Shown in pieces: positions 20,627-32,006 of a stretch of 64,000 nucleotides of DNA. Under the pieces are notes generated by a model. That model saw nothing but the letters and a program-made list of their open reading frames with translations. It searched no databases and was not told where the DNA came from. Origin of the DNA: Candidatus Poribacteria bacterium (lineage in GTDB: Bacteria; Poribacteria; WGA-4E; PCPOR2b); NCBI GenBank assembly GCA_965198175.1, contig OZ240245.1, forward strand, positions 3,680,001-3,744,000. Direction: 5' to 3'. Positions within the stretch are counted from its first letter, which is position 1. Each line of letters starts with the position of its first letter. Position numbers and translations under genes: made by a program.

Positions 20627-23600
20627 ATGCCGAAGCGAACTGACATTGAGAAAATTTTAATCATCGGCTCCGGCCCCATCATCATCGGTCAGGCTTGTGA
20701 ATTTGATTATTCCGGGGCACAAGCGTGCAAAGCCCTGCAAGAGGAGGGGTTTGAGATTGTTCTAGTTAATAGTAATCCGGCGACCATCATGACAGACCCT
20801 GAATTTGCAAATCGAACTTATGTCGAGCCGATTACGGCGGACGTGGTCGAACGAATTATCGCTAGGGAACGTCCCCATGCCTTGCTGCCAACCTTGGGAG
20901 GACAAACCGGACTAAATGTCTCCGTTGAACTTGCAGAAGCTGGCGTGCTAGACAGATATAATATCGAACTGATTGGTGCGAAACTTGACGCGATAAAAAA
21001 GGCAGAAGATCGCGCACTCTTCAAAAAGTCAATGCAGCAAATCGGGTTATCGGTGCCAAATAGTGGAGTCGTGCACTCCGTCGAAGATGCTGCAACGATT
21101 GTCTCCATGATTGGCTACCCCGCAATCATCCGCCCCGCATTCACACTTGGTGGTACTGGTGGGGGAATTGCATATAACATCGAAGAGTTCAAAGAGATGG
21201 TCGAACATGGCTTGGCGTTGAGCCCGGTCAATGAGGTGTTAATCGAGGAGTCCGTTATCGGTTGGAAAGAGTTTGAACTAGAGGTGATGCGTGATCACAC
21301 AGACAATGTCGTGATTATCTGCTCGATTGAAAATGTGGACCCAATGGGCATCCATACTGGCGATAGCATCACGGTCGCGCCTGTTCAAACGTTGACAGAC
21401 AAAGAATATCAGCAGATGCGAGATGCAGCAATCAAGATTATTCGCGAAATTGGTGTTGATACAGGCGGTTCAAACGTTCAATTTGCTGTGCACCCGCAGA
21501 CAGGGGAACAGGTCGTCATCGAAATGAATCCACGCGTTTCGAGGAGTTCTGCGCTTGCGTCCAAAGCCACAGGATTCCCAATCGCCAAGATTGCGGCAAA
21601 GCTGGCAGTTGGCTATACGCTTGATGAAATCCCCAACGACATCACTCGCCAAACGCCCGCTTCCTTTGAACCCACAATCGACTACGTTGTCGTCAAAATC
21701 CCGCGTTGGGCATTTGAGAAATTTCCAGATGCCGATGTAACCCTGACCACCCAGATGAAGTCGGTTGGGGAAGCTATGGCGATCGGGCGGACTTTCAAGG
21801 AAGCGTTGCAGAAAGGCTTGCGATCGCTGGAAACAGGGTGGTATGGACTCGACAATCAGCAAGTCCGAAATCTACCTCTTGCTGAACTGCCTGAGAAACT
21901 GACTTTTCCGAACGTTGAGCGACTTTTTTATATCAAACAAGCTTTCCAAGCTAGTATGAGTGTAGATCAGGTATATGGCTATACAAAAATCGATCCCTTT
22001 TTTCTATATAACATTAAAGAGATAGTTGACTTTGAAACGCACCTGGAGAAACAGGGAAGAGAGGAACTGAAAAAATGGGGATCGGACACATTGACGAACC
22101 CATTGACACATGAATTCATTTCCCTGCTTAGTAAGTCGAAACAGTATGGATTTTCAGATCGCCAGATTGCTGAACTGTGGGATGTTTCTGAATCATATGT
22201 CAGGTTTTTACGGAAGGAAGCGGGAATTGAAGCGACTTTTAAAACGGTTGACACATGCGCCGCTGAATTTGAGGCGATAACTCCTTACTACTATTCAACT
22301 TACAGCAGTGAAGATGAAGTGCGCCCGAGTTCCAAAAGAAAGGTAATCATTTTGGGAGGTGGTCCAAATCGGATTGGTCAGGGAATTGAGTTTGACTATT
22401 GCTGCGTTCACGCAGCGATGGCGCTTAAGCAAGATGGTATTGAAACGATTATGGTCAACAGTAATCCTGAAACAGTTAGTACGGATTATGATACCTCGGA
22501 TCGCCTCTATTTTGAGCCGCTCACACTCGAAGATGTTTTGAACATTATCGATCGTGAGCAGCCCGATGGAGTGATCGTTCAGTTTGGCGGGCAAACGCCC
22601 TTGAATCTTGCGCTTGCACTCAAAGACGCAGGTGTACCTATTATCGGAACCAGTCCTGATGACATTGCGCGGTCGGAAGATCGGAAATTGTTCAAAGCGG
22701 TGTTGGATGAAATCGGTCTGGTGCAACCTCCAAATGGAACTGCAACCTCGATTGAGGAAGCAAAGCCTATCGCCGCGTCGATCGGGTATCCCGTCATTGT
22801 TCGTCCCTCGTATGTGCTGGGCGGACGGGCAATGCAAATTGTTTACGACCAAACCCTTTTAGAGGAATACATGGACTCCGCAGTTGCCGCTTCACCAGAA
22901 CATCCGGTACTGATTGACAAATATCTGGAAGATGCGATTGAGGTGGATGTCGATGCGATTTCTGACGGCAGTATGACCCTCGTCGGAGGTATCATGGAGC
23001 ACATTGAGGAAGCTGGCATCCATTCTGGAGACAGCGACTGTGTGCTACCACCCTACACACTTGTTGAGGAACAACTTGAAGAACTCAAGAGGTATACGTA
23101 CGCACTTGCTAAGGCGCTCAACGTTCGGGGACTGATGAACGTTCAGTATGCGATTAGGAACAACGAGATTTATGTATTGGAAGTCAACCCGCGTGCCTCG
23201 CGGACCATACCGTTTGTCAGTAAAGCAATCGGGGTTCCGCTGGCAAAACATGCCGCGCGGCTCATGGCAGGTAAAACCCTTGAAGAACTCGGTTTCACCA
23301 AAGAGATTGAAAGGAATTATTTCTGCGTGAAAGCACCCGTTTTTCCATTCAATCGCTTTCCAGGGGCAAATTCACAACTCGGTCCTGAGATGAAGTCGAC
23401 AGGCGAGGTCATGGGAATTGATGAGAATCTTGCTCAAGCCTTCGCCAAAGCGCAAAAGGCATGCGGCTACACTTTGCCCGTTAATGGAAGTGCCTTTATT
23501 AGCGTCAAAAACAAAGATAAGCGCGCCATAATTTTTATCGCCAAGAAACTCTCCGACTTCGGATTTCAACTAATAGCAACTCACGGAACAGCGAAAGTAC

Positions 23601-23890
23601 TGCGTAGAAATGGGCTGGAGATTACATTGGTCCACAGTATTGGAAAGGGACGCCCAACAATTCACGACTATGTTAAAAATCATGCTGTGGATCTCATTAT
23701 CAATACTCCAACGGGATATGAACACCATCCCGCTGAACAACTGATTCGGAAAATGACAATTGATTATGGCATTCCACTCTTTTCAACCATTTCTGGTGCA
23801 GCTGCAGCCATCAACGCAATTGAAGCTCTTCGTCGTGAAGAGTTGACTGTTACTCCGCTTCAGGATTATTATCAAAATCAGTTAGGCTAG
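20627..23890 (+). CDS. carB: Carbamoyl-phosphate synthase large subunit
   Basis: [24 protein letters not shown]; duplicated ATP-grasp domains; MGS-like C-terminus. Confidence 0.98.
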   Translation: MPKRTDIEKILIIGSGPIIIGQACEFDYSGAQACKALQEEGFEIVLVNSNPATIMTDPEFANRTYVEPITADVVERIIARERPHALLPTLGGQTGLNVSVELAEAGVLDRYNIELIGAKLDAIKKAEDRALFKKSMQQIGLSVPNSGVVHSVEDAATIVSMIGYPAIIRPAFTLGGTGGGIAYNIEEFKEMVEHGLALSPVNEVLIEESVIGWKEFELEVMRDHTDNVVIICSIENVDPMGIHTGDSITVAPVQTLTDKEYQQMRDAAIKIIREIGVDTGGSNVQFAVHPQTGEQVVIEMNPRVSRSSALASKATGFPIAKIAAKLAVGYTLDEIPNDITRQTPASFEPTIDYVVVKIPRWAFEKFPDADVTLTTQMKSVGEAMAIGRTFKEALQKGLRSLETGWYGLDNQQVRNLPLAELPEKLTFPNVERLFYIKQAFQASMSVDQVYGYTKIDPFFLYNIKEIVDFETHLEKQGREELKKWGSDTLTNPLTHEFISLLSKSKQYGFSDRQIAELWDVSESYVRFLRKEAGIEATFKTVDTCAAEFEAITPYYYSTYSSEDEVRPSSKRKVIILGGGPNRIGQGIEFDYCCVHAAMALKQDGIETIMVNSNPETVSTDYDTSDRLYFEPLTLEDVLNIIDREQPDGVIVQFGGQTPLNLALALKDAGVPIIGTSPDDIARSEDRKLFKAVLDEIGLVQPPNGTATSIEEAKPIAASIGYPVIVRPSYVLGGRAMQIVYDQTLLEEYMDSAVAASPEHPVLIDKYLEDAIEVDVDAISDGSMTLVGGIMEHIEEAGIHSGDSDCVLPPYTLVEEQLEELKRYTYALAKALNVRGLMNVQYAIRNNEIYVLEVNPRASRTIPFVSKAIGVPLAKHAARLMAGKTLEELGFTKEIERNYFCVKAPVFPFNRFPGANSQLGPEMKSTGEVMGIDENLAQAFAKAQKACGYTLPVNGSAFISVKNKDKRAIIFIAKKLSDFGFQLIATHGTAKVLRRNGLEITLVHSIGKGRPTIHDYVKNHAVDLIINTPTGYEHHPAEQLIRKMTIDYGIPLFSTISGAAAAINAIEALRREELTVTPLQDYYQNQLG

Positions 23891-24257
23891 GACATAATGA
23901 CATCAACTTGATCTTCGTTTTCTTGCTACGTTTTCTGTTTTACTGATTAGTACAGGAGGCTAGTGTTTTCGTATCGTCTGCTAACTGATAGTAAGCATAA
24001 GTGTCAATTGATGACTTGATAGCAATACATGCCTAGTTCAGTTACCGGACAGGTTTCGGATAGACTGCGGCGTTCGATGTGACCCAACCTATCAATCGGC
24101 AATGCGTGTAATTAATCTCCTATAGAGGCGAAACATGCAAATCAAAACGGAGCTAATGCCCATCGGGCTTCTCCGCACCGGTGCGGAAAGAAGTTTGTCA
24201 AGACCGCTCTGCTAGTATGATGTTTGTTAGTAGTCACATAACCAAAATAATAAAGAG

Positions 24258-25706
24258 GTGATGATGAGAGATCGAAAAATGGAATCCTATTCTGACGACT
24301 GGAGAAAACGGGAAGAAGCGGCTGAAGCAATGATTCCTCTGATTGGAAACCTTTATCGGAATCACGGCGTGGTTACTACGGTCTACGGTCATTCACTGGT
24401 TCATGGCTCCACAATTGATATTCTAAAGGCTCATCGTTTTACTCGTCAAATTGTAAAAGATGAGCTTTCTGTCTTCACAAGCTTACGCATTCTTCAAGCG
24501 TTGAACGAGCTTAACCTATCACCAGCTCGGATTGACATTGGTAAGTTGACTACAAGGTATCTGCGTAGTGGAACAGGCACGACCTTAAACGCCTTTATCG
24601 GAAATGAACTAGCGGAAATTAACGGCGGTAAAAATACGTGCTTGTTTGAACCGCAAGATGTTGTCCTCTATGGCTTTGGACGAATCGGTCGAACGCTGGC
24701 TCGGATTCTCATTGAAAGAAGTGGCGGAGGCGCTAATTGGAGATTGCGCGCTGTCGTAGTGCGTAACGAGATTAGAGGAGATCTTCTAAAACGAGCTAGC
24801 CTACTACGACGCGACTCCGTCCATGGTCAGTTCAAAGGGACCATCATTGTCAACGAGGCAGAAAACGCTTTCATTGCCAACGGCAACATGATACGTCTCC
24901 TTTACGCAGACACGCCAGAACATACCCACTACAGCGAGTACGGCATCCACAATGCGATTGTCCTTGATAACACGGGTGCTTGGCGGGATAGAAGTGGGCT
25001 CGAGCGACACCTCAAAGCTGAAGGCGTCGCAAAAATCATCCTTACCGCACCGGGCAAGGGAGATATCCCCAATATTGTTTACGGCGTGAACAACCATGCC
25101 ATTATAGCGGGTGAGAAGATTGTCTCCGCGGCTAGCTGTACTACTAATGCAATTGTGCCCGTGCTGAAGGTGATGCACGATCGCTTCCAAATTGAAGAAG
25201 GTCACATAGAAACTTGTCATTCATACACCAATGACCAAAATCTGATTGATAATTACCACATAAAGAGTCGGAGAGGCCGGGGTGCACCGCTGAACATGGT
25301 AATTACAGAAACAGGTGCCGCTGAAGCGGTAGGCAAAGTGCTGCCGGAATTGGCAGGCAAGCTAACAGCTAATGCGATTCGAGTTCCAACGCCGAATGTA
25401 TCACTCGCGATACTACATCTGACGCTAAACAAGGCGAGTACGGTAAAAGAAGTAAACAACTATCTGCGCGGCATTTCGCTCGACTCGCCGTTGCAAGGAC
25501 AGATTGACTACACCAGTTCCCCGGATGCAGTTTCCAGCGACTTCACAGGGACTTTGAAAACAGGGATAGTTGACTCGTTAGCAACCATAGTGTCTGGGCA
25601 TCGGTGTGTGCTGTACGTGTGGTATGACAACGAATTTGGTTACAGCCACCAGGTAGTTCGCATTCTTCAGAATATTGCAGGTTTGGAACTTCCCGCTTTT
25701 CCTTGA
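24258..25706 (+). CDS. gap: Glyceraldehyde-3-phosphate dehydrogenase, long form with about 130-aa N-terminal extension
   Basis: YGFGRIGR, RRDSVHG, SAASCTTN, AIRVPTPNVS and VWYDNEFGYS motifs. Confidence 0.92.
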   Translation: MMMRDRKMESYSDDWRKREEAAEAMIPLIGNLYRNHGVVTTVYGHSLVHGSTIDILKAHRFTRQIVKDELSVFTSLRILQALNELNLSPARIDIGKLTTRYLRSGTGTTLNAFIGNELAEINGGKNTCLFEPQDVVLYGFGRIGRTLARILIERSGGGANWRLRAVVVRNEIRGDLLKRASLLRRDSVHGQFKGTIIVNEAENAFIANGNMIRLLYADTPEHTHYSEYGIHNAIVLDNTGAWRDRSGLERHLKAEGVAKIILTAPGKGDIPNIVYGVNNHAIIAGEKIVSAASCTTNAIVPVLKVMHDRFQIEEGHIETCHSYTNDQNLIDNYHIKSRRGRGAPLNMVITETGAAEAVGKVLPELAGKLTANAIRVPTPNVSLAILHLTLNKASTVKEVNNYLRGISLDSPLQGQIDYTSSPDAVSSDFTGTLKTGIVDSLATIVSGHRCVLYVWYDNEFGYSHQVVRILQNIAGLELPAFP

Positions 25707-25762
25707 TAACCCTTTCAATCTCGAAAATCGCGCATTGAACGTTGATTAAGGGTCTCACTGTA

Positions 25763-25848
25763 CCCTCCCCGCAATCCCTCTTGGTAAGGAGGAGGACTAG
25801 GCTGTAAAGAATCATTCCCCTCCTTACTAAGGAGGGGTTAGGGGAGGT
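25763..25848. repeat. Inverted pair of CCCCTCC...GGAGGGG REP-like hairpins
   Basis: cccctcctt-act-aaggagggg (25817-25837) plus ttaggggagg; degenerate inverted copy at about 25763-25797. Confidence 0.6.
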
Positions 25849-25956
25849 TCATAACACGTAGCCACGATCAAAGGAGATCGACCGAGCAGATAGCAAGGGC
25901 GACAGTTTTCTGAAGACTATCGCCTTCCCTATTAGGTCAGTTGATCCTCATGCATA

Positions 25957-27315
25957 ATGAAAAAAGCGACTTCAGTGCGCCAACTTGCGTTGGACTGTCT
26001 GATTCAATTGGAAGAAGGCAGCACAACTATTGCTCCTCTAATTAATCAGGCGATTCAGCGAAGTCATTTGCATACTATAGATCGTGGATTGCTTAACGAA
26101 CTCGTTTATGGAGTGGTCCGGTGGAGAAAGCAACTTGATTGGATTCTCCGCCATTTTGTGGATGGTCGCTTTCGTTTGGATTTGAGGAGCCGCAACCTTT
26201 TGCGGTTAGGGGTATATCAATTGCTTCACCTCGATAAAATTCCTTCACATGCCGCTATCTACGAAACAGTCGAACTGGCAAAACCAAAACGGAAGAGGGC
26301 GCGTTTTATCAATGCCGTTCTGCGTTCAGTTCAGCGAGATGGTGATAGCCTTCAGTATTCACCTCTAGAATCCGATCCTCTCCAGCATATCTCGATTTCA
26401 CTTTCCTACCCGTTGTGGTTGGTGAAACGCTGGATGATGCACTACGGAGTTCAGTGGACGCACGCGTTCTGTCGTGCAAGTAATCAGGTCGCACCACTCT
26501 CCATCCGTGTCAATTCCTTGAAAACCAATCGAGATGAGTTAATCGAATTGCTTACGGCGGATAGCGCTTCAGTAAAGGCAAGCCAATTAACGCCCGACGG
26601 TTTGTTGCTTGCGGATTCACCTTCCATCCAGTCATTGCAAGCTTACCAAAATGGCTGGTTCTACGTACAAGATGAAAGTGCGATGTTAGTAGCGCACTTG
26701 CTTCGTCCCCAACCGGGGAAAAAGGTTGTAGATCTCTGTGCGGCGCCCGGTGGGAAGACGAGCCATATCGCGCAACTCATGGGAAACACAGGCCAGATTA
26801 TTGCTGTGGATGTTTCACAAAACAGGGTTCGACGCGTTGAGGAGAACTGCCAACGCCTCGGTATAACAACTGTCCAAGTGCAAGTCGCGGATGCTGCCAA
26901 CTCCCCACTCGACTTCCTGAAGGACGTGGATTACTTCCTCGTTGATGCGCCCTGTTCAGGATTAGGAGCGCTGCGGCGCCATCCGGATATACGCTGGAAC
27001 AAAACCCCTGAACAGATTAACGAACTTGCTCAACTACAGTTTAACCTTTTGCAAAACGCGGCGCGAAAGGTTAAACCAGGCGGTGTTCTGGTTTATAGTA
27101 CATGCAGCACCGAATCGGAAGAGAACGAGATGGTTATTCAACGTTTCCTCAAGACCCATCCGCACTTTGTCGTCGAAAACGCAGGAGAATTCCTACCCGC
27201 TATGTCTCCTCGCGCAATCACTCCTGAAGGATTTCTACAAACCTTTCCGCATGAACACGGCATTGATGGCACTTTCGCAGCGCGTCTAAGAGTCAGGCGG
27301 ACAATTAAATCATAA
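25957..27315 (+). CDS. rsmB: 16S rRNA m5C967 methyltransferase RsmB (Sun)
   Basis: NusB-like N-terminus; VQDE, DLCAAPGGKT, DAPCSGLG and VYSTCS motifs. Confidence 0.93.
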   Translation: MKKATSVRQLALDCLIQLEEGSTTIAPLINQAIQRSHLHTIDRGLLNELVYGVVRWRKQLDWILRHFVDGRFRLDLRSRNLLRLGVYQLLHLDKIPSHAAIYETVELAKPKRKRARFINAVLRSVQRDGDSLQYSPLESDPLQHISISLSYPLWLVKRWMMHYGVQWTHAFCRASNQVAPLSIRVNSLKTNRDELIELLTADSASVKASQLTPDGLLLADSPSIQSLQAYQNGWFYVQDESAMLVAHLLRPQPGKKVVDLCAAPGGKTSHIAQLMGNTGQIIAVDVSQNRVRRVEENCQRLGITTVQVQVADAANSPLDFLKDVDYFLVDAPCSGLGALRRHPDIRWNKTPEQINELAQLQFNLLQNAARKVKPGGVLVYSTCSTESEENEMVIQRFLKTHPHFVVENAGEFLPAMSPRAITPEGFLQTFPHEHGIDGTFAARLRVRRTIKS

Positions 27316-27348
27316 GAAGTAAACCGCGGTGTCCCGAACGCGATTCTT

Positions 27349-28902
27349 ATGGATTTTACTATGGCACACCCTCTTCTCGAAATGCAATCCATAACAAAAG
27401 AATTCCCGGGTGTCCGAGCGCTTGATGACGTTTCATTTGATGTGCGGCACGGAGAAATCCACGCGCTCTGCGGTGAGAACGGTGCAGGCAAATCAACTCT
27501 GATTAAAATCCTTGGTGGTGCTTACCCTCATGGCGCTTACACGGGTAAGATAAGCATAAATGGTCGTCCTCATCATTTCAGCACTGTCTGCGATGCAGAA
27601 AATGCCGGTGTTGCGATAATCCATCAAGAGCTAGCATTGGTTCCAGAGATGACAGTCGGCGAAAATATCTATTTGGGTCAGGAGCCCAAGCGGTTTGGGT
27701 TCATCAACTGGAATCAATTGTATCATCAGGCAGTGTATCTGCTAGCAGATTTTGAACTTTCTCTTCAGCCTCAAACCCTAGTGAATCAATTGGGGATCGG
27801 CGGGCAACAATTGGTGGCAATCGCCAAAGCCCTGTCTCGTGAAGCACGTCTCCTTGTACTTGATGAGCCGACTGCCGCGCTGACTGAAAGTGAAATAGAA
27901 AACCTGATGCGCATCCTTCGTCAACTGCGCGAGAAAGGTGTCTCTTGTATTTACATCACGCATAAGCTCAAGGAAATTTTCGAGATAGCGAATCGTGTAA
28001 CCGTCCTGCGTGACGGTAAAACAGTAGGTACTATTCCGATGAAGGAGTGCAATGAAGGTGAACTGATTACACGGATGGTTGGGCGTGAATTGAGGGATTT
28101 CTACCCGAAAAGCGAAAAGCAAATCGGAGGAGTCGCTTTACAAGTGCGAAAGCTCAATGCCGATTATCCGGACAGACCCAATCAGCAATTCCTCAGAGAC
28201 ATAAACTTTACGGTGCGCTTCGGGGAAATTATCGGAATCGCAGGACTGATGGGATCCGGGCGGACAGAGCTACTAACTGCCATTTTTGGTGCCTATTCGG
28301 GCAAGTGCACAGGTGAAATCGTCGTCGATGGCGTTCAGGTTTTGATCGACTCTCCTCACGACGCGATTAGTCACGGGATAGGTCTTGTCAGCGAGGATCG
28401 CAAGCGGTACGGATTAATCCTTGACACAGACGTTCCCTCGAACATGACGCTCGCTAGCCTTGATGCCCTCTTTAAGGAACCGGGGAAACGGCTTGCGCCT
28501 TGTGGGATCATCAATCGGAACGAAGAGTTTCGCCAAAGCAATCACTATGTTGAATCTCTGCAGATTAAGGCTACCTCGCTTGATGCACCTGTCAACCATC
28601 TTAGCGGCGGCAATCAACAGAAGGTAGTTTTGGGTAAATGCTTGATGACCCAGCCGAGGATTCTTCTCCTTGACGAGCCTACACGTGGCATTGATGTGGG
28701 TGCCAAAGCGGAGATTCACAGGTTGATTGCTCAACTTGCCCGTAAAGGTGTTGCAATCGTAATGGTCTCATCCGAACTCCCCGAAATCTTGCACATGAGC
28801 GATCGCATCCTTGTTTTGCATGAAGGGGAAATTACGGGGGAATTTGTTAATGACAATACTACTCAAGCGGAGATTTTAAGGTGCGCTGCAGGCGAACGGT
28901 AA
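27349..28902 (+). CDS. Monosaccharide ABC transporter ATP-binding protein (XylG/RbsA type, two ATPase domains)
   Basis: KEFPGVRALD, CGENGAGKST, LSGGNQQKV and LDEPTRGIDVGAK motifs. Confidence 0.92.
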   Translation: MDFTMAHPLLEMQSITKEFPGVRALDDVSFDVRHGEIHALCGENGAGKSTLIKILGGAYPHGAYTGKISINGRPHHFSTVCDAENAGVAIIHQELALVPEMTVGENIYLGQEPKRFGFINWNQLYHQAVYLLADFELSLQPQTLVNQLGIGGQQLVAIAKALSREARLLVLDEPTAALTESEIENLMRILRQLREKGVSCIYITHKLKEIFEIANRVTVLRDGKTVGTIPMKECNEGELITRMVGRELRDFYPKSEKQIGGVALQVRKLNADYPDRPNQQFLRDINFTVRFGEIIGIAGLMGSGRTELLTAIFGAYSGKCTGEIVVDGVQVLIDSPHDAISHGIGLVSEDRKRYGLILDTDVPSNMTLASLDALFKEPGKRLAPCGIINRNEEFRQSNHYVESLQIKATSLDAPVNHLSGGNQQKVVLGKCLMTQPRILLLDEPTRGIDVGAKAEIHRLIAQLARKGVAIVMVSSELPEILHMSDRILVLHEGEITGEFVNDNTTQAEILRCAAGER

Positions 28903-28947
28903 ATGTGTAACTATTGTAATGGAAGTCAAACTTAACGGAGAATTGCT

Positions 28948-29916
28948 TTGGAAAACACAAGAATAGTTTGTACAGGTCCCATTGAAAATATCGCAGTTGA
29001 AATCTTGAGCCCATTCGGCGAAGTCATTATTGCTTCAGCTTTTGAAGAGGAAGTGTTACTGCCGCTTCTAGATAGAGCAATCGGCCTAGTGGTCCGGGGT
29101 GTTGAGGGAAGCGTGAGCGCTCGCGTCATTAATGCAGCTACGGATTTAAAGGTAATCGGTCGCTCCGGTGTAGGATATGACAATGTAGACATCAAAGCCG
29201 CTACCGCGCGTAAAATTCCAGTGGTTTACACACCTGGAGTCAACGCACGCGCGATAGCGGAGGCAGCGGTCGCCCTAATTTTCACGTTGTGTAAGAAGGT
29301 AGTCTTTTGGGACCAACAGCTAAAACTTGGCAACTGGAACAGCCGGTTCCAACACCAACCAGGTGACTTGGATGGCGCTACGTTGGGCATTATCGGCTTC
29401 GGACGAATCGGACAAATGCTGGCGGAGTTGATTCGGCCATTTAATGTAACGATTCTAGCGTACGATCCCTATGTATCGAACGAACGAGCGAAGCAGCTTG
29501 AAACAGAACTTGTTGATCTTGAAGCTTTATTGGAGCGGTCAGACTTCATCTCTATCCATGCTGTCCTGACCGATGAAACACAAGGACTAATTGACCGTGA
29601 TCGGATGCGACAGATTAAACCAGGCGCTTACATTGTTAACCTGGCGCGGGGTGGACTCATTGAAAGTCTAGATGTGCTTTATGAAGCCTTGGAATCGGGG
29701 AAATTAGGAGGTGTTGGACTAGACGTTTTCCAACCGGAACCCCCAGACGTCAGTCATCCCATCTTTCAATCGCCCAACTGCGTGACATCGCCTCATGCGT
29801 TGGGATTGACGCCGCAGGCGATGACGAAAATCTTCGAGAGCATGGCTAACGATATGGCGGCAGTGTTCAATGGAAAGTCCCCACGGCATGTTGTAAACCC
29901 GGAAGTTTTTTCTTAG
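28948..29916 (+). CDS. D-3-phosphoglycerate dehydrogenase-like 2-hydroxyacid dehydrogenase (no ACT domain)
   Basis: RSGVGYDNVD, GIIGFGRIG, VNLARGGL, GLDVF..EP and SPH motifs. Confidence 0.85.
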   Translation: MENTRIVCTGPIENIAVEILSPFGEVIIASAFEEEVLLPLLDRAIGLVVRGVEGSVSARVINAATDLKVIGRSGVGYDNVDIKAATARKIPVVYTPGVNARAIAEAAVALIFTLCKKVVFWDQQLKLGNWNSRFQHQPGDLDGATLGIIGFGRIGQMLAELIRPFNVTILAYDPYVSNERAKQLETELVDLEALLERSDFISIHAVLTDETQGLIDRDRMRQIKPGAYIVNLARGGLIESLDVLYEALESGKLGGVGLDVFQPEPPDVSHPIFQSPNCVTSPHALGLTPQAMTKIFESMANDMAAVFNGKSPRHVVNPEVFS

Positions 29917-29982
29917 AATGGGGTATCGATTGTGAATAGTGGATACCATCCTCGCTTTGGACAAATTTATTGAGGCTACAGC

Positions 29983-31911
29983 ATGAATAGCTCTTCTGAA
30001 TTCGAGAAGAAAAGCGCTAGCGGTCTTACCCTCCGCGTATTAATCATCGGGCTTCTGCTTGTTATCATCAACTCGTATTGGATCAATCTCTTCATTCCCT
30101 TCTATGGCGGCATCCTGCACAGTTATATGTCGCTCTTCTCGAACACCGTCTTCACCTTGCTAGTCATTCTTCTCCTTAACCCCCTGCTGGCACGTATACG
30201 CCCTCACTATGCCCTGCATGGATCGGAAGCGCTGGCGATATATATCATGCTGATTATGGTTTCTACTGTAGGCGGCGCGCCGCACCTGAGCTATCTGGCT
30301 TATATGCTACCCCATCCGTTTTGGTTCGCCTCATCAGAAAATGACTGGGATAACCTTTTTCTAGGTCACATTCCCGACTGGATGACGGTGCAGAATACAC
30401 AAGTGTTGAGAGGATTTTATGAGGGGGATTCGTCGTTTTGGATGTCGCAGAACTTCAACAGTTGGCTGGTTCCGCTGCTAACCTGGTCTATTTTCATGTT
30501 GGTTCTCTATTTTGTACTGATGTGCATGAACACTATTCTGAGAAAGCAGTTCACCGACTATGAACGACTGACGTATCCGATCACCTGGTTACCGCTGGAA
30601 ATGGGGAGAAAACCAGCCAGCTTCTTCGCGAACAAGTTGATGTGGATTGGGTTTGGCATCGCGGCAGGTGGCGGTTTGCTAAACGGCTTGAGTCATCTGT
30701 ATCCCGCACTTCCTTCGCTGCCGATTCGAGCGCTGGACAACCGAATCACCCACCTATTCCTCGAACGGCCCTGGAACGCTGTTGGAACAATGCTGATAGC
30801 GCTTCACCCTTTCGCTATTGGCCTCTCCTTTTTTATGCCCTTGGACCTGGCATTCTCGTCATTGTTTTTCTTTTTCTTTGGAAAAGCTGTGCTCGTGCTA
30901 AGAAGTGCAATGGGACTGCAGATGAATCTTTATCTCGATGAGCAGTCAGAAGGGGCATGGATCGGGTTAGGTCTTCTCGCGTTATGGGTGGGGCGCAGGC
31001 ACTTGAAACAGGTGTTCACCGTAGCCGCGACAGGAAAGGGGGAAATTGACGATTCAAAGGAGCCCATGACATATAAATGGGCTATATTCGGAATCGTCGG
31101 GGGAGTACTTTTCCTTATATTCTTTGCTGCAAAAGCGGGACTCTCCCTTTGGGTGTTTCTTCTGTTTATCGCAGTTTACTTCTTGATGGCAATCAGCCTG
31201 ACAAAAGTTAGAGCAGGTCTCGGTCCGCCCATGCACGAGGTCATATTCAAAGATCCGGCAACAACTATGGTTTCCGCACTGGGAACGAGGACGATTGGCG
31301 CAAAGAACTTAACCCTCATGTCGTTCCTTTACTGGCTAAACCGAGTCAACACGTCGCATCCAATGCCTAACCAGCTTGAAGCCTTCCGAATCAGTGAACA
31401 AGCGCAGTTAAACAGTCGAAAACTAACCGTTGTAATGCTAGCTTCGCTTGCTGTTAGCATCATTGTAACTTGGACGGTCTATTTTTCCCACGCGTATGAG
31501 CGTGGTGCCGGTTTGGGTGGAGGGGGTATTGCATGGGAATGCTTTAATCGCCTGCAACGCTGGCTGAATTCTCCGACTGAATACAACTATCCCGCGATAA
31601 TCGCTATGGGAACTGGGTTCGGGGTCACCCTTTTGCTGTCCGCGATGAAGCTTCGTTTTCTATGGTGGCCCTTTCATCCGATAGGGTATGTAATCGGGAC
31701 CGGCAGGTGGGGCGACTTGTCCTTCATCTGGTTTCCAATGCTTCTCTGTTGGGCGCTCAAGTTGGGAATTCTACGGTATGGTGGGTTGCAAGCCTATCGA
31801 AAGGCGATTCCCTTTTTTGCGGGCTTGATTCTCGGAGATTATTCTATGGCTTGTCTCTGGGGCATCATTGGTTGGGCGCTTAAAAGGCAGATGTATCAGA
31901 TTTGGGTTTAA
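29983..31911 (+). CDS. Polytopic membrane protein, putative OPT-like/DUF6785-type transporter
   Basis: Many TM helices; RKQFTDYERLTYPI, WWPFHPIGY and LRYGG...PFFAGLILG motifs; family name recalled, not searched. Confidence 0.6.
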   Translation: MNSSSEFEKKSASGLTLRVLIIGLLLVIINSYWINLFIPFYGGILHSYMSLFSNTVFTLLVILLLNPLLARIRPHYALHGSEALAIYIMLIMVSTVGGAPHLSYLAYMLPHPFWFASSENDWDNLFLGHIPDWMTVQNTQVLRGFYEGDSSFWMSQNFNSWLVPLLTWSIFMLVLYFVLMCMNTILRKQFTDYERLTYPITWLPLEMGRKPASFFANKLMWIGFGIAAGGGLLNGLSHLYPALPSLPIRALDNRITHLFLERPWNAVGTMLIALHPFAIGLSFFMPLDLAFSSLFFFFFGKAVLVLRSAMGLQMNLYLDEQSEGAWIGLGLLALWVGRRHLKQVFTVAATGKGEIDDSKEPMTYKWAIFGIVGGVLFLIFFAAKAGLSLWVFLLFIAVYFLMAISLTKVRAGLGPPMHEVIFKDPATTMVSALGTRTIGAKNLTLMSFLYWLNRVNTSHPMPNQLEAFRISEQAQLNSRKLTVVMLASLAVSIIVTWTVYFSHAYERGAGLGGGGIAWECFNRLQRWLNSPTEYNYPAIIAMGTGFGVTLLLSAMKLRFLWWPFHPIGYVIGTGRWGDLSFIWFPMLLCWALKLGILRYGGLQAYRKAIPFFAGLILGDYSMACLWGIIGWALKRQMYQIWV

Positions 31912-32006
31912 TAGACAATTCTTTGTTCGCTTGACACTGCTCCACATTTGGGAAATGTTTTATTTTTTTGCACGAAAAAACCGTCCGGACTCAATTTCGC
32001 GCACCA

